Below, one piece after another: positions 60,074-64,000 of a stretch of 64,000 nt of DNA. The stretch is taken from assembly GCA_040772485.1 (NCBI GenBank), contig JAXGYC010000009.1:448001-512000 (forward strand), read 5' to 3'. Each line of letters starts with the position of its first letter. The first letter of the stretch is position 1. The position numbers and the translations under genes are program-made. Below the pieces are notes generated by a model, which did not search any database, was not told the origin of the DNA, and was given only the letters and a program-made list of their open reading frames with translations. This stretch comes from Sedimentisphaerales bacterium (GTDB lineage Bacteria; Planctomycetota; Phycisphaerae; Sedimentisphaerales; Anaerobacaceae).

Positions 60074-61936
60074 TCAGAGGCCGCCGGACGCCATCACCGT
60101 CAAGCTGGGACGCTGGAGCTGAACCCGCCGATTCGTCAACTCGGTGATCTGCCGCTCCGCGATACTCAATGCCTGCTGGGCGGTCCGGAGCCGTGCCGCC
60201 TGTGGATCGAATGCCGATGCCCGCGCCAATCGGCGCTGCGTTTCATCGAGTTGAGTTCGGAACACCTCGAGACGCGCCCTCTGTTCGGCTGTCTCGATGG
60301 CCATCTGGCTCAATTCACTGTTGAGACTGTCCAGGCGACCGCCTCCGACGTCCTTGGTCAATTCTTCCTGCCGCTTGGCTAATTCGATTCGTGCCCTGGT
60401 CAGGTTCTCCTGGGCCTGCGTCAGCTCTGACTGGGGCAGTCGACCGGCGTCGACCTCCTTGCGAACCTGGGAAAGACGCATCTCAATCATCTGGACGAGG
60501 GTCTGGAATTCCTTGGTCACTGTGTCCTGGGCCAGCTTCCTGTCCGCCTCATCCCTCGTCCGGGCGATCTGTTCCTCGATGGCCTGGCGTCGCGCCTCCC
60601 TGCCGGCCATCTCCATCTCCAGGTCCTGGATCGCATCGGACAGGTCGCGCCGGCGGGCAATCAGCTCCTGTGTGTCTTCCTGGATCTCGATTGTGGAAAA
60701 TGCCGCCTGGGGGCTCTGCAATTCCTCTTCGCGGATGACGATCACGTCATCGTCGATCTGGTAGGAAATGTCGGTGAGTCCGCCGCTGACGGCTTCGATG
60801 ACTGTCTTCAAGGCCGTTTCCAGTTTGACCGGGGGCGGACCGTCCATTCCGATCGGCGTGGGGGGTTCGATATCGCAGCTCTCCTGCAATTCTTTCCACA
60901 GCACGACGATGGGCAGCGGCGGTTCAACCGAGTTCTTCAGGAGCTCGATAGCTTCCGCGAACGGCATCTCAGGCGTCAGTACAGATACGTCCACGATTGT
61001 ACTCAACTGCTCGCGTATTCTGCTGCTCCCGGGCGAGGAAGGAGCGGTGCTTCGCCCAAGCTGCTGCTCGATCTCTTCTCGTCTGAGTTCGGCGAACTGG
61101 ATCTGTTCGCTCAGGAGTCTCTCATACCGGTTATAGGAATCCTCCAACGCTCGCCTGAGGTTGTCCACGAGAGCTTTGACGAACTGGCCGGCCAGCGGCT
61201 TGGCATCCTCTGGCAGTGGAACGTACAGCCGGACCATCGCGGTCTGTTGTTGGGCGCGAGTCGGTGCCGGCGCAGTCGGCGCGCCATACATGCCGCCCAC
61301 CCCGTAACCACCCATGCCATAGCCGCCCATTGTGCCATAGCCCATGCCGCCCATTCCGCCTCCGCCCATTCCGGTGCGGCCCATCATGGTGCCGCTCCTG
61401 GCGCCGCGACCACTCATCATACCCCCGCCCATGCCCATTCCCTGTTGGGGCGAATGATCATTCGCCCCTGCGGGTCGATTCTTGTCGGCTGGCGGGGTGG
61501 TAGCGGCCGGCTCCGGCGTACCGTACTTGTCCCTGTCTTCTCTGAGTTGTCTGGCGTAATCATCTCCGTAGATTGGTGCCAGTTGTCGGATTATGTCGCT
61601 ATCTTCAGCGGTGTTCCGTTGCGCCGGCTCGGGCATGCTGGTCGTCTGGGCGGCCTGCGAGACCCATTCGATTCGGATCTCCTGGCGGATGTTGCCGGCG
61701 GCTTCTGCCTCCAGCCCAAACACGTCCTTGGCGGCCTTTCCGGCCACAGCCGAACTGCGGATCAGTTGCTCGACCGTGGTCGGGTCCAAAGGCAGGATGT
61801 CCGCGTCGATCGCGACCCTGATCAGACAACTGGCGTAGCGCGAGTTCGAGGGCGCCTCGGCCTCGCCGAAGGCGGGCGTTGCAGCCAGGGCCAGGCTCAG
61901 GGTCAGACAGACGATGGTGATTTGTGTGGCTCGCAT
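60074..61936 (-). CDS. Secreted hypothetical protein with Gly/Met-rich linker and long coiled coils
   Basis: Signal peptide MRATQITIV...AFG; GMGMGGG tract; AAGGAG RBS; in operon with the ECF sigma factor. Confidence 0.72.
   Translation of the reverse strand: MRATQITIVCLTLSLALAATPAFGEAEAPSNSRYASCLIRVAIDADILPLDPTTVEQLIRSSAVAGKAAKDVFGLEAEAAGNIRQEIRIEWVSQAAQTTSMPEPAQRNTAEDSDIIRQLAPIYGDDYARQLREDRDKYGTPEPAATTPPADKNRPAGANDHSPQQGMGMGGGMMSGRGARSGTMMGRTGMGGGGMGGMGYGTMGGYGMGGYGVGGMYGAPTAPAPTRAQQQTAMVRLYVPLPEDAKPLAGQFVKALVDNLRRALEDSYNRYERLLSEQIQFAELRREEIEQQLGRSTAPSSPGSSRIREQLSTIVDVSVLTPEMPFAEAIELLKNSVEPPLPIVVLWKELQESCDIEPPTPIGMDGPPPVKLETALKTVIEAVSGGLTDISYQIDDDVIVIREEELQSPQAAFSTIEIQEDTQELIARRRDLSDAIQDLEMEMAGREARRQAIEEQIARTRDEADRKLAQDTVTKEFQTLVQMIEMRLSQVRKEVDAGRLPQSELTQAQENLTRARIELAKRQEELTKDVGGGRLDSLNSELSQMAIETAEQRARLEVFRTQLDETQRRLARASAFDPQAARLRTAQQALSIAERQITELTNRRVQLQRPSLTVMASGGL
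61444..61471. repeat. Degenerate 28-bp REP in frame within the coiled-coil gene
   Basis: gttggggcgaatgatcattcgcccctgc; encodes AGANDHSPQ on the minus strand. Confidence 0.75.
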
Positions 61937-62526
61937 GGGGATTCTCCTTCCATCGGGGATTTGTTGAAACGTTGATTCCGGATTTGGGCCAGTCTTTCTC
62001 TGGCGACATCGGCCGAGCGGCTCTCGGGAAACAGGCGGATGACCTGTTCGTAGGTCTCGACCGCCGACTCGGTCTGGTTCAGCTCGCGAATCATCCGGTC
62101 CGCCTGGTAGACCAGCACAAAGGCGGTCTTGTCCGCCTGCCGTTGAAGCTCCTGCGCCGGATCGGGAATGCTCGCCAGCTCGGCCTGGAGGGCCGCAAGT
62201 CGCCGCTCCTGTCGCTCTTTGGCCAGAACCTCCTGGACGAGCCGCATGGTTGTCTCGGTCTGCTCCTGCAACTGCCGCACCTGCTCTTCGAGCGAGGCGA
62301 TCCGCTCCTGTGGTTCTGCGGCAGGCTCCTGCGGATGTGGACGCCGGTTCCAGAGAGCGACGCCGCACAGCAGAATCGCTGCTGCCGCTGCCGGCGCTGC
62401 AATGGCGATCGAACGTCGGCGACGCAGTCGCAGGCGGACGTCGCGGGCGCGGACTGCACCGTACTGCGGCGGACCGGCCGCCCGGTCGGCGTCCTCCAGC
62501 AGGCTTTTGATTTGTTCCTCGTTCAC
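61903..62526 (-). CDS. Putative anti-sigma factor (single TM, coiled coil, TPR-like C-terminus)
   Basis: GTGA overlap with the sigma stop; RRRR-TM segment; AVETYEQVIRLFPES. Confidence 0.65.
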   Translation of the reverse strand: MNEEQIKSLLEDADRAAGPPQYGAVRARDVRLRLRRRRSIAIAAPAAAAAILLCGVALWNRRPHPQEPAAEPQERIASLEEQVRQLQEQTETTMRLVQEVLAKERQERRLAALQAELASIPDPAQELQRQADKTAFVLVYQADRMIRELNQTESAVETYEQVIRLFPESRSADVARERLAQIRNQRFNKSPMEGESPCEPHKSPSSV

Positions 62527-63095
62527 GTCTTCTCCTCGATCAACTCGCCTAAGTTCTGTCTCAGTTGCTGCCTGGCCCGGGTCAGCCGCACCTGCATGGC
62601 GTTGACGGTGATCCCCAGAAGCTCGCACATCTCGGAGGTTTCGAGGCCTTGGAGGTAGCGCAAGACCACGACCTCGCGGTACTTCGGCGACAAGGCCCGC
62701 ACCGCCCGGCGGACCCTTGCGAAGGTCTCGGTGTCCATCGCCGCTCGCGCAACGTCCTCTTCGATACACAGGTGTGGACTATCCTCGTCGATTGCGACCG
62801 TGCGGATGCGAAAGACCCGCCGGCGCTGCCTCCGCCGGCACATGTTGACCGTGATGGTAAAGAGCCACGTCCGCAGCCCGCACTCGCCCCGGAACTTCCG
62901 TAGACCGGTAAAGGCCGCCAGAAAGACGTCCTGCACGACGTCGTCAACGTCCTGGGGCCATCCGAGCAGACGATTGGCGAGGGCCGCAACGTCGGCCGCA
63001 TGCCCCTGCACGATCCCGTCGAACGCGGAATCGTCTCCCCGGCGGAAACGCTTTACCAGGGCCTGCTCCGCAATCATCTTCGCCATGGCTGTCAT
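62523..63095 (-). CDS. ECF RNA polymerase sigma factor
   Basis: DDVVQDVFL, TWLFTITVN, REVVVLRYLQGL..EMCELLG...VRLTRARQQLR. Confidence 0.92.
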   Translation of the reverse strand: MTAMAKMIAEQALVKRFRRGDDSAFDGIVQGHAADVAALANRLLGWPQDVDDVVQDVFLAAFTGLRKFRGECGLRTWLFTITVNMCRRRQRRRVFRIRTVAIDEDSPHLCIEEDVARAAMDTETFARVRRAVRALSPKYREVVVLRYLQGLETSEMCELLGITVNAMQVRLTRARQQLRQNLGELIEEKT

Positions 63096-63161
63096 ATTAG
63101 ACCCGGACCGGGACGTACCATTACAGAATTCCCGCCGCGTCTGTCGTTCGGTCGGCGCAAG

Positions 63162-63188
63162 AAAAAAGCCCGGCGTGGAGCCGGGCTT
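63162..63188 (-). terminator. Rho-independent terminator of metK
   Basis: Minus strand AAGCCCGGCTCCACGCCGGGCTTTTTT. Confidence 0.8.
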
Positions 63189-63215
63189 GGGAGGCGTGAT
63201 GAATGCCCTGCGCTG

Positions 63216-64000
63216 TTACCTCCTGGCGGGTTTGAGGCCGGCCGCCTTCTGGAGCGCCGCAACCATGTCCGTCTTCTCCCAGGTGAACTCGGGCAGCTCG
63301 CGGCCGAAGTGCCCGCCGTGGGCGGTGGCCGCGAAGATCGGACGCGCCAGCTTCAGGTGGCGGACCATCCCCTTGGGCGTCAGCGGGAAGAGCTTCTTGA
63401 CGATCTGGCTGATCTTCGTCTCGCTGATCCTGGCGGTGCCTTCGGTGTTGACCAGGACCGAGATCGGATCGGCGACACCGATGGCGTAGGACAACTGGAC
63501 CTCGCAGGCATCGGCCAGACCGGCGGCGACGATGTTCTTGGCGACGTACCGTGCCATGTAGCTGGCGGTCCGGTCGACCTTGGTCGGGTCCTTTCCGCTG
63601 AAGGCGCCGCCGCCGTGGCGACCCCACCCGCCGTAGGTGTCCACGATGATCTTGCGGCCGGTCAGGCCGCAGTCGCCTTTCGGACCCCCGATGACGAATT
63701 TGCCCGTCGGATTGACGTGGAATTTGGTGTTCTTGTCGATCAGTCGGGCGGGCATCACCGGCTTGATCACCTTGGCGACAATCTCATTGCGCAGCTTGCG
63801 GTGGGCGATGTTGTCGGTGTGCTGCGTCGAAACGACGACCGTGTGGATTCGCCTGGGTTTGCCATTCTCGTATTCGACGGTGACCTGGCTCTTGCCGTCC
63901 GGACGCAGCCAGGGCAGCTTGCGGGTCCGGCGCATCTTCTCGAGCTGGATCGTCAGCTTGTGCGCCAGTTGAATCGGCATGGGCATCAACGCCGGCGTCT
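63216..64000 (-). CDS. metK: S-adenosylmethionine synthetase, 3' part (runs off window)
   Basis: [56 protein letters not shown]. Confidence 0.97.
   Translation of the reverse strand, partial: TPALMPMPIQLAHKLTIQLEKMRRTRKLPWLRPDGKSQVTVEYENGKPRRIHTVVVSTQHTDNIAHRKLRNEIVAKVIKPVMPARLIDKNTKFHVNPTGKFVIGGPKGDCGLTGRKIIVDTYGGWGRHGGGAFSGKDPTKVDRTASYMARYVAKNIVAAGLADACEVQLSYAIGVADPISVLVNTEGTARISETKISQIVKKLFPLTPKGMVRHLKLARPIFAATAHGGHFGRELPEFTWEKTDMVAALQKAAGLKPARR

Noticed and set aside
61290..61440. Periodic ccgcccat repeats
   Set aside because: Explained by the Gly/Met-rich protein linker

Overview
GC-rich 64 kb chromosomal window with about 50 genes. The gene content points to an anaerobic Planctomycetota (Phycisphaerae/Sedimentisphaerales-like) genome (inference): tandem PQQ/BamB-like propellers, a secreted LamG-domain protein, ECF sigma factor, glycyl-radical enzyme, purH and partial metK. 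The most striking locus is a translationally coupled five-gene isoprenoid operon (6032-13047). It encodes an Fe-S protein, a radical SAM enzyme resembling the archaeal GDGT ring-synthase (Grs) family, a DUF116-like/polyprenyl synthase fusion, a small prenyltransferase-barrel protein and a squalene-hopene-cyclase-like enzyme with intact DxDDTA. No squalene synthase is encoded in the window. At least three families of short palindromic repeats (28-bp GTAG REPs, an 82-bp GGTGGCAG element, heptamer-periodic inverted repeats) occur between genes. They also sit in frame inside proteins, twice in the cyclase, and supply stop codons for four genes. Other loci: hypD plus activase beside proline-peptide uptake/peptidase genes with a higBA module between them; pyruvoyl arginine decarboxylase plus a deoxyhypusine-synthase-like gene; a PIG-L/GT4/GH100-like operon; a Tat-exported Fe/Mn SOD. 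I found no rRNA, tRNA, CRISPR array or transposase. Family calls rest on motif recognition by eye; no searches were run.
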